Below are positions 55,011 to 63,529 of a stretch of DNA of 64,000 bases, one piece after another. The position numbers were made by a program, and so were the translations under genes. The DNA comes from an uncultured Gammaproteobacteria bacterium (GTDB lineage Bacteria > Patescibacteriota > Microgenomatia > Levybacterales > GWA1-39-11), in contig CAZVGS010000001.1 in NCBI GenBank assembly GCA_964627245.1, positions 25,256-89,255 on the forward strand. The letters run 5' to 3'. The notes below the pieces were generated by a model. The model saw nothing but the letters and a program-made list of their open reading frames with translations, was not told where the DNA came from and did no database searches. Position 1 is the first letter of the stretch. The number at the start of each line of letters is the position of its first letter.

Positions 55011-56518
55011 ACCCGATTGATAATTTTCTCAACCGTTTTACAATGTACAGAGTGGTTGAGTATGGGTTGCTAACACTCACATGCTATTCATTCATTTTAA
55101 GCTTACTGAGCTCAATCTCATTCAATCCCTTAGAACTATTTACTACTCTTGCATCACTCACTTTTGCTTGCTATTTTTCAAATTTATTATTCGGAAAGCT
55201 CTTCAAAGTACCAATTAATGCTGAATCATCAATAATAACTGCTCTTATTTTGTTTTTTCTGCTTTGGCCGTCCAGCCAGATAGAAAGCGTATTACTCTTT
55301 CTTGCAGCCGGATTAATTGCAATGGCTTCAAAATATATTATTGCTTTTCGGGGAAAACACATATTCAATCCTGCAGCTGTCGCTGTTTTTTTGCTTATGT
55401 TCTTAAATAACGGCGCGATATGGTGGATTGCAACGCCATTTATGCTGCCTGCAGTACTTGTTGTGGGTCTGCTTATTGTTAGAAAAATACGAAGATTTAC
55501 CATGTTTTTTACTTTCTTAACAGTAAGCTTGTTAACTTTTCTTGGTTTTGTGGCACTTAATGGTAAAGACCCTATTGATGAATTAAAGATCTTTTATTTT
55601 TCTTTTCCGGTAGTTTTTTTGGGTACAGTTATGCTCACAGAACCGCTAACAACTCCTCCTACTAAAAAACTTCAAATCATTTACGCTGCAATTGTCGGAG
55701 TTATATTTTCTCTTCAAACTCCTCTTGGTCATTTCTATCCGACTCCTGAGGTAGCCATCCTTGTTGGTAATTTATTTTCATTTGCGGCAAGTCCGAAGTA
55801 CAAATTGAAGCTAAAACTTCTTAATAAAGTTGAAGTCGCAAAAAAAACACTTGAGTTTTCTTTCGAAAAACCCGCCAATTTTAGTTTTAGCCCCGGCCAG
55901 TACCTGGAATGGACATTGCCTATTCTAAGAACCGACGGAAGAGGAAATAGGCGCTATTTTACAATTGCATCCTCACCTACCGAAGACAAATTAAGACTTG
56001 CTGTCAAGCTCAACACTCCTTCAAGCACTTTCAAAAAGTTTCTCTCAAATCTTAAAGACAGCCAATTTATAACAGCAGGAAGTCTAGCGGGCGATTTCAC
56101 TCTAAAACATTCAAAAAAAAATAACTTGGTATTTATAGCCGGCGGAATTGGAATTACTCCTTTCAGAAGTATTATCAAAGAGCTGGTAGACAATAAAGAC
56201 ACAAGGAGGGTTGTCCTTTTCTACAGCAATAAAACTTCGGAGGAAATAGCCTATCAGGAATTTCTTGGGGATGCTTCTCAAAGAATCAATCTTGAAGTCG
56301 TGTACGTTCTAACCGAAACTGAAAACATACCCTCAAATTTTAGAGGAGAAAAAGGAAGAATAACAAGCCAAATGCTTTCAAAATACATAAAAAACACAGC
56401 AGATTGTGATTATTTTCTCTCAGGACCTATATCGATGGTTAACGGTTACAAAAGTCTGCTTAAATCAATGAATGCTAACGGAAAAAATATTTTTACCGAC
56501 TATTTTCCCGGGTTTTAG
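55007..56518 (+). CDS. Membrane-anchored ferredoxin-NADP-reductase-like oxidoreductase (polytopic N-domain plus FAD/NAD(P)-binding C-domain)
   Basis: ~8 TM segments (aa 1-280). Then RRYFTIASSP (RxYS FAD motif) and GGIGITPFRSII (NAD(P) motif). Confidence 0.7.
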   Translation: MNPIDNFLNRFTMYRVVEYGLLTLTCYSFILSLLSSISFNPLELFTTLASLTFACYFSNLLFGKLFKVPINAESSIITALILFFLLWPSSQIESVLLFLAAGLIAMASKYIIAFRGKHIFNPAAVAVFLLMFLNNGAIWWIATPFMLPAVLVVGLLIVRKIRRFTMFFTFLTVSLLTFLGFVALNGKDPIDELKIFYFSFPVVFLGTVMLTEPLTTPPTKKLQIIYAAIVGVIFSLQTPLGHFYPTPEVAILVGNLFSFAASPKYKLKLKLLNKVEVAKKTLEFSFEKPANFSFSPGQYLEWTLPILRTDGRGNRRYFTIASSPTEDKLRLAVKLNTPSSTFKKFLSNLKDSQFITAGSLAGDFTLKHSKKNNLVFIAGGIGITPFRSIIKELVDNKDTRRVVLFYSNKTSEEIAYQEFLGDASQRINLEVVYVLTETENIPSNFRGEKGRITSQMLSKYIKNTADCDYFLSGPISMVNGYKSLLKSMNANGKNIFTDYFPGF

Positions 56519-56555
56519 GATTGACTTTATAAAGATATTCACATAGTATTTTGTT

Positions 56556-57071
56556 GTGAAGAAAATTGTAATTGCCCTCTCCTTGTTGTCTGCTTTACTC
56601 CTTATTGCTCTCGTTTTTGTTTTATTTAACAAACAGATCAACATTACTATTCCTCAAATAAATTTTTCAAATTTGAAAATGCCCGATGTAACACCCTTAC
56701 CCACAAACACAATGCTTGATGAACTTTCCGAAAATTCCATCGACAAAGATGTAAACGGAAGCAAAAGAATAGAAGCAAAAGGCATAACAATGGGAGGAAT
56801 CAAGCAAGGAGTAATCGAAGCCTCAAATTTTAAGTTTACTCCCGATGCCATACAAGTCAATGAAGGCGATACTGTAGTTATTACGATAAAAAACGTTCAG
56901 GGATTGCACGATTTCGTTATTGATGAGTTAGGAATTAAGACCAAAACACTTAAAGAAGGTGAATCTGAAGAAATTACATTTGTTGCTTCAAAAAAAGGTA
57001 CTTTCAACTTTTACAGCTCTATCGGTCAGCACAGGGTAATGGGAATGGAAGGAACCATGATAGTTAACTAG
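56556..57071 (+). CDS. Cupredoxin-fold protein lacking the canonical Cys ligand
   Basis: N-terminal TM. FKFTPDAIQVNEGDTVV...HDF...FYSSIGQHRVMGMEGTMIV aligns to plastocyanin/azurin-type His..Cys..His..Met sites with Ser in the Cys position. The protein has no Cys at all. Confidence 0.6.
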   Translation: MKKIVIALSLLSALLLIALVFVLFNKQINITIPQINFSNLKMPDVTPLPTNTMLDELSENSIDKDVNGSKRIEAKGITMGGIKQGVIEASNFKFTPDAIQVNEGDTVVITIKNVQGLHDFVIDELGIKTKTLKEGESEEITFVASKKGTFNFYSSIGQHRVMGMEGTMIVN

Positions 57072-57999
57072 CTTTTCTATCCTCAAATCTCTTCTTAACT
57101 ACCTCAAATACATCTTTAATCCTGGTTGTGACCACTTCAAAAGTCGTTCTTTTCTTACAGATAAATTCTAAATTTTCTATGTCATCTTTTGAAGGTGTTA
57201 ATACATCAGTGGTTTGAGGGTACATGATAGATTTTGAATTTACGCTGTGATCAAGACCCAGCGCGTGCCCAAATTCGTGAGTTAGGGTGTGAAGGAACTC
57301 TTCGTGTGAAACGTCAATATAAATGCTGATCTTCCTGCTCTTCCCATCCTGCTCGTAGAGTCCTTCTTCAGGCTTTGTTACCAAAACTCCCTGATAATCA
57401 TCAATCGTATTATTTAGATATCTTGCGTTTGAATTATAGTCACTAGTCTCTTGTCCTAAAGCCTGAGCCTCAGCTGTCAAAGCTTCTGCCTCCCTCTTTA
57501 ACTCCTCCTGCCTTGCAATCAGCTTATCAAACTCTTCCTTAGGAGCACCCCCTTGTGAATTCCAGTAAGAAATGTCCGCGTTAAGTGACTTTACTTTTTG
57601 TTCAAACTCTAGCTTTCTTGTCTTGTAGTCTTCGATCTTGGGGTCAATCTCACTCTGCTTTTGCTTTAAGTCCTCACTCAAATCGTTGATTTTACTTGTT
57701 AATTCCTGCCTATTGTCATAAACCATGTTTATGGTAAAAGATGATTTAGGGTCGTACTGCAGTAAGTTTTTATTAAGTGCCTTATTCCAAATTCCGGCTG
57801 CAATCTTAGTGTCTTCCAATAACTCCTCAGCTGTAGTATTAAATCCCGAGTCAATTGTTCCGATTGAGTAAGTTATGGGCGTATCGCACGGTGAATAGTA
57901 GAAGACGCTGTTAAAAGCAGATTGAACTTGAGATCTAAAGAAAATAGCTGAAAGAACCGACACCAATAAAATAAAAATAGCTATAAAAATCTTTCTCAT
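57064..57999 (-). CDS. Secreted metzincin zinc metalloprotease (matrixin/M10-like)
   Basis: HEFGHALGLDHS (HExxHxxGxxH) followed by a Met-turn SIMYP. N-terminal signal/TM. Coiled-coil middle region. Confidence 0.8.
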   Translation of the reverse strand: MRKIFIAIFILLVSVLSAIFFRSQVQSAFNSVFYYSPCDTPITYSIGTIDSGFNTTAEELLEDTKIAAGIWNKALNKNLLQYDPKSSFTINMVYDNRQELTSKINDLSEDLKQKQSEIDPKIEDYKTRKLEFEQKVKSLNADISYWNSQGGAPKEEFDKLIARQEELKREAEALTAEAQALGQETSDYNSNARYLNNTIDDYQGVLVTKPEEGLYEQDGKSRKISIYIDVSHEEFLHTLTHEFGHALGLDHSVNSKSIMYPQTTDVLTPSKDDIENLEFICKKRTTFEVVTTRIKDVFEVVKKRFEDRKAS

Positions 58000-58047
58000 A
58001 ATTAATTTTAATAGCTTCCTTTACTAATGTCTATTATCCGACTTATT

Positions 58048-58917
58048 TCAGCGCTCCTCATCGAAGTAACTGTCAAAGTTAGACTCTTTCAAGTATTCGT
58101 AGCTCTCAGAATTTACTTCTCCGCGCTGCGCGCTCTCAGAAGCGTGTCGATGAATATCAGGGAGCAGAGAATGTAGGGATGATATTGCAATAAAAGTCAA
58201 CAGTATGCCACCAAGAAGTGCAAAAGTCTCAGCAAGCGCAAATCCCTTTCTGTTTTCGTGGTGGATTTCAGGTATAAGGTTTGATAAGGAAATGTAAAGG
58301 AAAAACCCAGCAGCAATTGCAACGAATACAACAGAAAGACTAGTAAAAGAGGATCCTAAATAAAAAGTAATAATTGCTCCAACTACCGAAACCGAAGCAC
58401 TTAAGACATTGATGAATAAGATATTTTTTCTCGCAAGACCCTTCTTAAGAAGTACCCCAAAATCCCCTATTTCTTGAGGAATTTCGTGTGCCCCAACAAC
58501 AAGTGCAGTAATTATACCTACTGGCATATTAATCAAAAAAGCTGATGCAATAGCAATTCCATCGACGAAATTGTGAATAGTATCTCCTATCACTATCATT
58601 GCAACAATAGGCTCTCTCGAACCTACTTCATCATGTGTGTGCTGCCAATGAAGAATTCTCTCAAGTAAATAAAAAACAACAATTCCAACTAGCGTAAATA
58701 GATAAAAATTGCTAACTCCGATTGTTTCTTCAGATTGATGAAGACCTTCCGGTAAAATTTCAAAAAAAACAGCTCCCAAAAGAGTTCCCGCAGCAAAAGA
58801 GGACAAAATATGAGCTATTTTAACTACTTTTTTGTTCAATAGTAAAAGTATGCCCCCGGCAAGCGAAAATACACTGCCGATAATTACAAACAAAACAATA
58901 TATGCTAATAAATTCAT
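58048..58917 (-). CDS. ZIP-family metal (Zn2+) transporter (ZupT-like)
   Basis: HNFVDGIAIA and HEIPQEIGDFGVLL are ZIP signature helices. Confidence 0.85.
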   Translation of the reverse strand: MNLLAYIVLFVIIGSVFSLAGGILLLLNKKVVKIAHILSSFAAGTLLGAVFFEILPEGLHQSEETIGVSNFYLFTLVGIVVFYLLERILHWQHTHDEVGSREPIVAMIVIGDTIHNFVDGIAIASAFLINMPVGIITALVVGAHEIPQEIGDFGVLLKKGLARKNILFINVLSASVSVVGAIITFYLGSSFTSLSVVFVAIAAGFFLYISLSNLIPEIHHENRKGFALAETFALLGGILLTFIAISSLHSLLPDIHRHASESAQRGEVNSESYEYLKESNFDSYFDEER

Positions 58918-59333
58918 AGGTTGTTATTTCTACATTCTTTACAAATTCCAAAAAACTCTAAAGAATGGTTTTCTGTCTTAAATCCAAGCTTTTCCTCCAA
59001 TTTTCTTTCAGCTCTTTTCATAGAACATCTTCCAACGTCCTCGATCTTACCGCATTTATTGCAGATAGCGTGGTGATGATCTTTTCTCATTATCTCATAG
59101 TAGAATTTCTTTTTTTGCAATTGAAGTCTTCTTACAACATCTTTGTCGATGTAATTTTCAATTATCCTATAAATTGTTGCCTGGTCGGCGTCTACATGGC
59201 TCTTTGCTACTTCTTTATATATTGAGGCTATATCAAGAGGTCCTTGATGCTCTTCCAGGATCTTTAGTACAGCAATTCTTGCAGGGGTAATACGAAGCCC
59301 TATGCTTTTTATAGTCTCTTTTTGAGAAATCAT
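58914..59333 (-). CDS. Fur-family metalloregulator (probably Zur)
   Basis: Winged-helix N-domain and a C-terminal HHHAICNKCGKI...C metal site. Start set at MISQKE, directly after the promoter. The tracked upstream extension would cover the promoter. Confidence 0.8.
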   Translation of the reverse strand: MISQKETIKSIGLRITPARIAVLKILEEHQGPLDIASIYKEVAKSHVDADQATIYRIIENYIDKDVVRRLQLQKKKFYYEIMRKDHHHAICNKCGKIEDVGRCSMKRAERKLEEKLGFKTENHSLEFFGICKECRNNNL

Positions 59334-59339
59334 GAATAA

Positions 59340-59368
59340 ATTATATGCAAATGATTTGCATTTGTCAA
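59340..59368 (-). promoter_or_regulatory. Consensus promoter (TTGACA-17-TATAAT) with a perfect Fur/Zur-box-like palindrome in the spacer; leaderless fur-zip operon
   Basis: Minus-strand read: TTGACAaATGCAAATCATTTGCATATAATttattcATG. The 17-bp palindrome ATGCAAAT-G-ATTTGCAT spans 59345-59361. The -10 lies 6 nt before the ATG. Confidence 0.65.
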
Positions 59369-59467
59369 TCACCCTTATACACATTAACAGACCAGCAATG
59401 TGGTCTGTTAATGATTATGTAGTGCATAATAAGTATGCACTGTTGCTTTACAAAGCAAATCTTTCAA

Positions 59468-59644
59468 CTAAACGCTAACTGAATCGTATGCGTCTTTAGA
59501 AACAAAGCGGGTCAAATTCCTTCCATCTGATGTCTTTCCTTTTACTGCGTATTTAGTCTGTCCTTTTACTTGGTAAGTGGTTTTTTCGGTAACTTCAGCG
59601 TCAACTTTGCTTCTTGTTTTTACATCGTAGAATTGCATTTTCAT
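59468..59644 (-). CDS. Unannotated small ORF (58 aa), Lys-rich
   Basis: Own translation: MKMQFYDVKTRSKVDAEVTEKTTYQVKGQTKYAVKGKTSDGRNLTRFVSKDAYDSVSV. SD GGAGGTGA 9 nt upstream. A TTGACA-17-CATATT element lies ~120 nt upstream. It falls below the ORF-track length cutoff. Confidence 0.45.
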   Translation of the reverse strand: MKMQFYDVKTRSKVDAEVTEKTTYQVKGQTKYAVKGKTSDGRNLTRFVSKDAYDSVSV

Positions 59645-59922
59645 AATGTCAAATCACCTCCTTTGTCGTTATGGTAGGTTCAATTTAAATACTGATTTAA
59701 ACTGAATAGGTTCAATTTTTAATATTTTGAACTTAACTAGCTTCAAAATATTTTCATTTGAACTTACCTTACTAATATGCACGTTCAAATCCAATTTGTC
59801 AAGTGTCTATGAGCGTATTGAAAAATCTTTGATCTTTTTTTGTAAGCATTTGTTATGTTTATAGTATTTTAGCTTGTGTTTGTGTTGGGCAACTATTAAA
59901 ATAGGAGAAAGTTATACGTTTC

Positions 59923-59996
59923 CGGGGAGTAGCTCAGTTGGCTAGAGCGCGCGGTTTGGGACCGTGAGGTCGGAGGTTCAAGTCCTCTCTCCCCGA
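59923..59996 (+). tRNA. tRNA-Pro (anticodon TGG)
   Basis: CGGGGAGTAGCTCAGTTGGCTAGAGCGCGCGGTTTGGGACCGTGAGGTCGGAGGTTCAAGTCCTCTCTCCCCGA. C1:G72 is typical of tRNA-Pro. Confidence 0.8.
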
Positions 59997-60127
59997 CATT
60001 TGCTTTTCCTATTACTCTACAAACTCTAGATAACATACTTAATAGTCTGACCCCTTTTTATTTACTTGACACTTCAACTCAATCGTGCCTAAGATATTAG
60101 TAGATCTAATGGAAGGAGGTGAATAAT

Positions 60128-60346
60128 ATGAAGAAACTTCCAATGATTGCATGGTGGTTGGCTATAGTTGGAGCCCTTAACTGGCTCTTAGTAGGACTTG
60201 GTAGCGCGTTAGGACTTGATAACTGGAACTTAGTTAACCTAATTCTCGGAAGCTGGCCCGGGCTTGAAAACCTCGTATATATACTTGTCGGTGTTTCAGG
60301 ACTCTGGCTTCTTTGGGATGAGTTGATGGGAAGCAAAAAAAGGTAA
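60128..60346 (+). CDS. DUF378 family small membrane protein
   Basis: MKKLPMIAWWLAIVGALNWLLVGL... matches DUF378. Strong SD GGAAGGAGGTGAATAAT-ATG. Confidence 0.7.
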   Translation: MKKLPMIAWWLAIVGALNWLLVGLGSALGLDNWNLVNLILGSWPGLENLVYILVGVSGLWLLWDELMGSKKR

Positions 60347-60493
60347 ATTTTTACCTGCCCATTGAATTCATTTCAGCAAAAAAAGCGATCCGGATTTATT
60401 CCCTAAAAAATTCTTGTTTCGCTTTTTTTGTAATGTTATAATAACTGTTCAAACAGATTAAAGTTTGTTTGTAGTGAGTGTGAGGAGAAACAA

Positions 60494-60540
60494 GCGCGGG
60501 ATTTGGTTAGTTTTTACAGAGTAAAAACCAAACTAATCCA
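60494..60540 (+). repeat. Partial duplicate of the tRNA-Gly(TCC) 5' end plus an imperfect hairpin
   Basis: GCGCGGGATTTGGTTAGTTTTTACagaGTAAAAACCAAACTAATCC. The first 10 nt are identical to the tRNA 5' end at 60556-60565 (gcgcgggatt), which is followed there by AGTTTAC. Confidence 0.5.
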
Positions 60541-60557
60541 AGCGAAGTGAAACGAGC

Positions 60558-60631
60558 GCGGGATTAGTTTACCGGTAAAACATCAGATTTCCAATCTGAG
60601 GTAAGGAGTTCGATTCTCCTATCCCGCTCCA
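60558..60631 (+). tRNA. tRNA-Gly (anticodon TCC) with encoded CCA
   Basis: GCGGGATTAGTTTACCGGTAAAACATCAGATTTCCAATCTGAGGTAAGGAGTTCGATTCTCCTATCCCGCTCCA. Confidence 0.85.
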
Positions 60632-60736
60632 AGAATTGGTAAGGGAGAATATCACGAAGTGATTTCATCCCGCTTCAAGAATTCAACACCCTATTCCTTG
60701 TAAACTTCCTCAATTCGTCCTAAAATATAAAAGTCC

Positions 60737-62197
60737 TTGATGAATATTCCATCCAAAAATATCCCAACAGTATTTATAATTTTTGGCGCAACCGGAGATC
60801 TAATGGCCAAAAAAATTGCCCCTGCCCTATTTCATCTGTATACCAACAAAAAATTCCCAAATCTCTTCAAAATTGTTGCTTTCTCAAGACGGGATTTATC
60901 GCTGGAAGACTTCAAAGAGCACATCCGCTCAATACTCAAGTCTCACAAAAAGAAAGCCAAAGAGAGTGACATAGAGGCCTTTTTAGAATACTTCTTGTAT
61001 CAAAAAGGGGATTTTGAGAAGGTAGACGCTTACAACACCTTGGCTGAAGACTTGGGCAGAATTGACGGTGAATGGCGCGCTTGTTCTAATAAGCTTTTTT
61101 ATCTCGCAGTCCCGCCAAGCAACTACAAATCTATATTTGAACACCTTAAGACGTCAGGTCTAACATTGCCCTGCGGACCCGATGAAGGCTGGACAAGAGT
61201 AATAGTTGAAAAACCCTTTGGAAAAGACGCAAAGTCCGCCTTAGAGCTTGATATGCTTTTGTCAGAACTCTTCTTAGAAGAACAAATATACAGAATTGAT
61301 CACTATCTGGGAAAAGATATTTTGCAGAATATCTTGTCTTTTAGATTTAATAACGACCTTTTTGAGGATTCATGGAGTAACAAATATATAGAAAAAATTG
61401 AAATCAAATTCTTAGAAAGTTTTGGAATTGAAGGAAGATCTACTTTCTACGACGGCGTCGGAGCTTTAAGGGACGTAGGGCAAAATCATATGCTTCAGAT
61501 GCTCGCTTTTATAACTATGGACAAACCTTCCTCATATATCGCGGAGGATGTTAGAGAAAAAAGGTTTGACGTCTTAAAAAAACTCGTCCCGTTAAATCCG
61601 GAAGGTATAAAAAAACTTACCTACAGAGGCCAATATAAGGGTTACAAGAATACAAAAGGCGTCGAAGGACACTCGGATACCGAGACCTACTTTAAGGTTG
61701 TAGCAACCTTGGATAACGATAGGTGGCTGGGGGTACCAATTATTTTAGAGGCGGGCAAAAATCTAGAGAGAAGAAAGGAAATAATTGTAACTTTCAGACA
61801 CCGAACTCCTTGTCTTTGTCCTGACGGTGGACACTACAAGAACAGGGTTCTTTTTACCTTGGAGCCGAAAGAGGGAATAACAGTGGAATTCTGGGCAAAA
61901 AAACCGGGACTTGATTTCGTGATGGAAAAGCAAAAATTGTCATTTTTATTCCGTGATCAAAGAAAAAAAGTGCAATACGTTGAAGAATATGAAAGATTGC
62001 TTCTTGACTGCATTTCAGGAAACCAGATACTTTTTGTTTCAACCAATGAAGTGAAAGCGATGTGGGATTTCATAGATCCTATAATTGAAGGCTGGGAAAG
62101 AAATGAGGTACCGCTTGCTGAATACAAGCCTAGTTCAAAAAAAATTCTTTCCGACTCTTTAACTGTTGAAAAAAATGTGATAGAGTCTGACATATAA
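60737..62197 (+). CDS. zwf: Glucose-6-phosphate 1-dehydrogenase
   Basis: NADP motif IFGATGDLMAKK and active-site RIDHYLGKD. 486 aa. Confidence 0.92.
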   Translation: MMNIPSKNIPTVFIIFGATGDLMAKKIAPALFHLYTNKKFPNLFKIVAFSRRDLSLEDFKEHIRSILKSHKKKAKESDIEAFLEYFLYQKGDFEKVDAYNTLAEDLGRIDGEWRACSNKLFYLAVPPSNYKSIFEHLKTSGLTLPCGPDEGWTRVIVEKPFGKDAKSALELDMLLSELFLEEQIYRIDHYLGKDILQNILSFRFNNDLFEDSWSNKYIEKIEIKFLESFGIEGRSTFYDGVGALRDVGQNHMLQMLAFITMDKPSSYIAEDVREKRFDVLKKLVPLNPEGIKKLTYRGQYKGYKNTKGVEGHSDTETYFKVVATLDNDRWLGVPIILEAGKNLERRKEIIVTFRHRTPCLCPDGGHYKNRVLFTLEPKEGITVEFWAKKPGLDFVMEKQKLSFLFRDQRKKVQYVEEYERLLLDCISGNQILFVSTNEVKAMWDFIDPIIEGWERNEVPLAEYKPSSKKILSDSLTVEKNVIESDI

Positions 62198-63121
62198 ATG
62201 AAAAAAAGAATTGGAATAGTAGGCCTTGGCCGAATGGGCGGAGGAATTGCTCAAAATTTGCTCGACCACAAGTGGGAAGTAGTGGGATATAACAGGACGC
62301 CATCCGTTACCCGCGAGCTCGAAAAAGCAGGGCTGGAAGGCGCTTACTCACTCAAAGAACTTACAGGCAAACTCAAATCCCCCAGAGTTGTATTTCTGAT
62401 GTTAACAGCAGATGGTGCAAATGATGAGGTAATTTTCGGCAAAGATGGCCTTAGCACAGTGCTTTCCAAAGGCGACATAATAATAGATGGAGGTAATTCA
62501 TACTACAAGAAAGCAATTGAAACTTCGGAAAAACTTAAGAAATTTGGAATAACATTTATGGATGCAGGTATTTCCGGCGGACCCGGAGGAGCCCGGAATG
62601 GAGCCTGCAGTATGGTGGGCGGAGATAATAAAACCTTTGAATATATAGAGAATCTTTTTAAGGACATCTCTGTACCCAGTGGATACATGCATTTTGAGGG
62701 TGTCGGCGCAGGCCATTTTGTAAAAATGGTTCACAATGGAATTGAATACGGCATGATGCAGTCCATTGCTGAAGGATTTGAAATAATGAGAAAATCACCC
62801 TACAAACTTAATCTTTTGAATGTAACTGAAATTTATCAGCACGGAAGTGTTGTGACAAGCAGACTTGTTGGCTGGCTTCAGGATGCATTCAAAAAATACG
62901 GGCAGGACTTAAAGAATGTTTCAGGCTCGGTAGGTTATACGGGTGAAGGAGAATGGACTGCCAAAGCCGCAAAAGAATTTGGGGTTTCTGCTGAAGTAAT
63001 TGAGAAAAGCTTCAAATTTAGAGTTAAATCTCAAAAAAATCCTTCCTTTACTGGAAAAGTATTAACTGGAATGCGCAATATGTTTGGTCATCATTCCATT
63101 GAAAAAGGCAAAATGACCTAA
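62198..63121 (+). CDS. gnd: 6-phosphogluconate dehydrogenase, decarboxylating (short YqeC-type)
   Basis: N-terminal GIVGLGRMGGGIAQNL Rossmann motif and a 6PGDH-like middle region. Start is adjacent to the zwf stop. Confidence 0.85.
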   Translation: MKKRIGIVGLGRMGGGIAQNLLDHKWEVVGYNRTPSVTRELEKAGLEGAYSLKELTGKLKSPRVVFLMLTADGANDEVIFGKDGLSTVLSKGDIIIDGGNSYYKKAIETSEKLKKFGITFMDAGISGGPGGARNGACSMVGGDNKTFEYIENLFKDISVPSGYMHFEGVGAGHFVKMVHNGIEYGMMQSIAEGFEIMRKSPYKLNLLNVTEIYQHGSVVTSRLVGWLQDAFKKYGQDLKNVSGSVGYTGEGEWTAKAAKEFGVSAEVIEKSFKFRVKSQKNPSFTGKVLTGMRNMFGHHSIEKGKMT

Positions 63122-63212
63122 ACTCCATTTGAGTTAACACCTTTTATTTAGTAAAATATAGGCTGATAGTATTTTTCTCCACAAGAGGAACCTTGTGAAA
63201 AAAATATATTTT

Positions 63213-63285
63213 GCCTCCGTAGCTCAATGGATAGAGCACATCGGTTCTAACGATTAGGTTGGGGGTTCGAGTCCCTTCGGAGGTA
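63213..63285 (+). tRNA. tRNA-Arg (anticodon TCT), tentative
   Basis: GCCTCCGTAGCTCAATGGATAGAGCACATCGGTTCTAACGATTAGGTTGGGGGTTCGAGTCCCTTCGGAGGTA. The hand fold needs a C27/U43 mismatch and G1/U72 wobble. Confidence 0.6.
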
Positions 63286-63387
63286 CAAGAAAAGCAATGT
63301 AATTCAAGCAACCAGCTTTGCTGGGAAAATACAAGTTTTGCTTCACTCAACTTGCATCTACCCCTTCTTAGCAAAGCAAAAAAAAAT

Positions 63388-63465
63388 GGTGGATGTAGCT
63401 CAGTTGGTTAGAGCGCAAGATTGTGGATCTTGAGGTCGCCGGTTCGAGCCCGGTCTTCCACCCCA
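63388..63465 (+). tRNA. tRNA-His (anticodon GTG) with encoded G-1 and CCA
   Basis: G-GTGGATGTAGCTCAGTTGGTTAGAGCGCAAGATTGTGGATCTTGAGGTCGCCGGTTCGAGCCCGGTCTTCCACCCCA. A G-1:C73 pair is present. Confidence 0.85.
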
Positions 63466-63529
63466 AGTTTTTTAGCCTCGATTTTTTATACCCAAAACCT
63501 CAAGTTCGAACCTTTGGTATAATTCTCTA

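Noticed and set aside
59334-59384. Tracked N-terminal extension of the Fur-family ORF (MCIRVIDKCKSFAYNLF...)
   Set aside because: The extension would be encoded by the consensus promoter and Fur-box itself. The leaderless start at MISQKE fits Fur-family N-termini.
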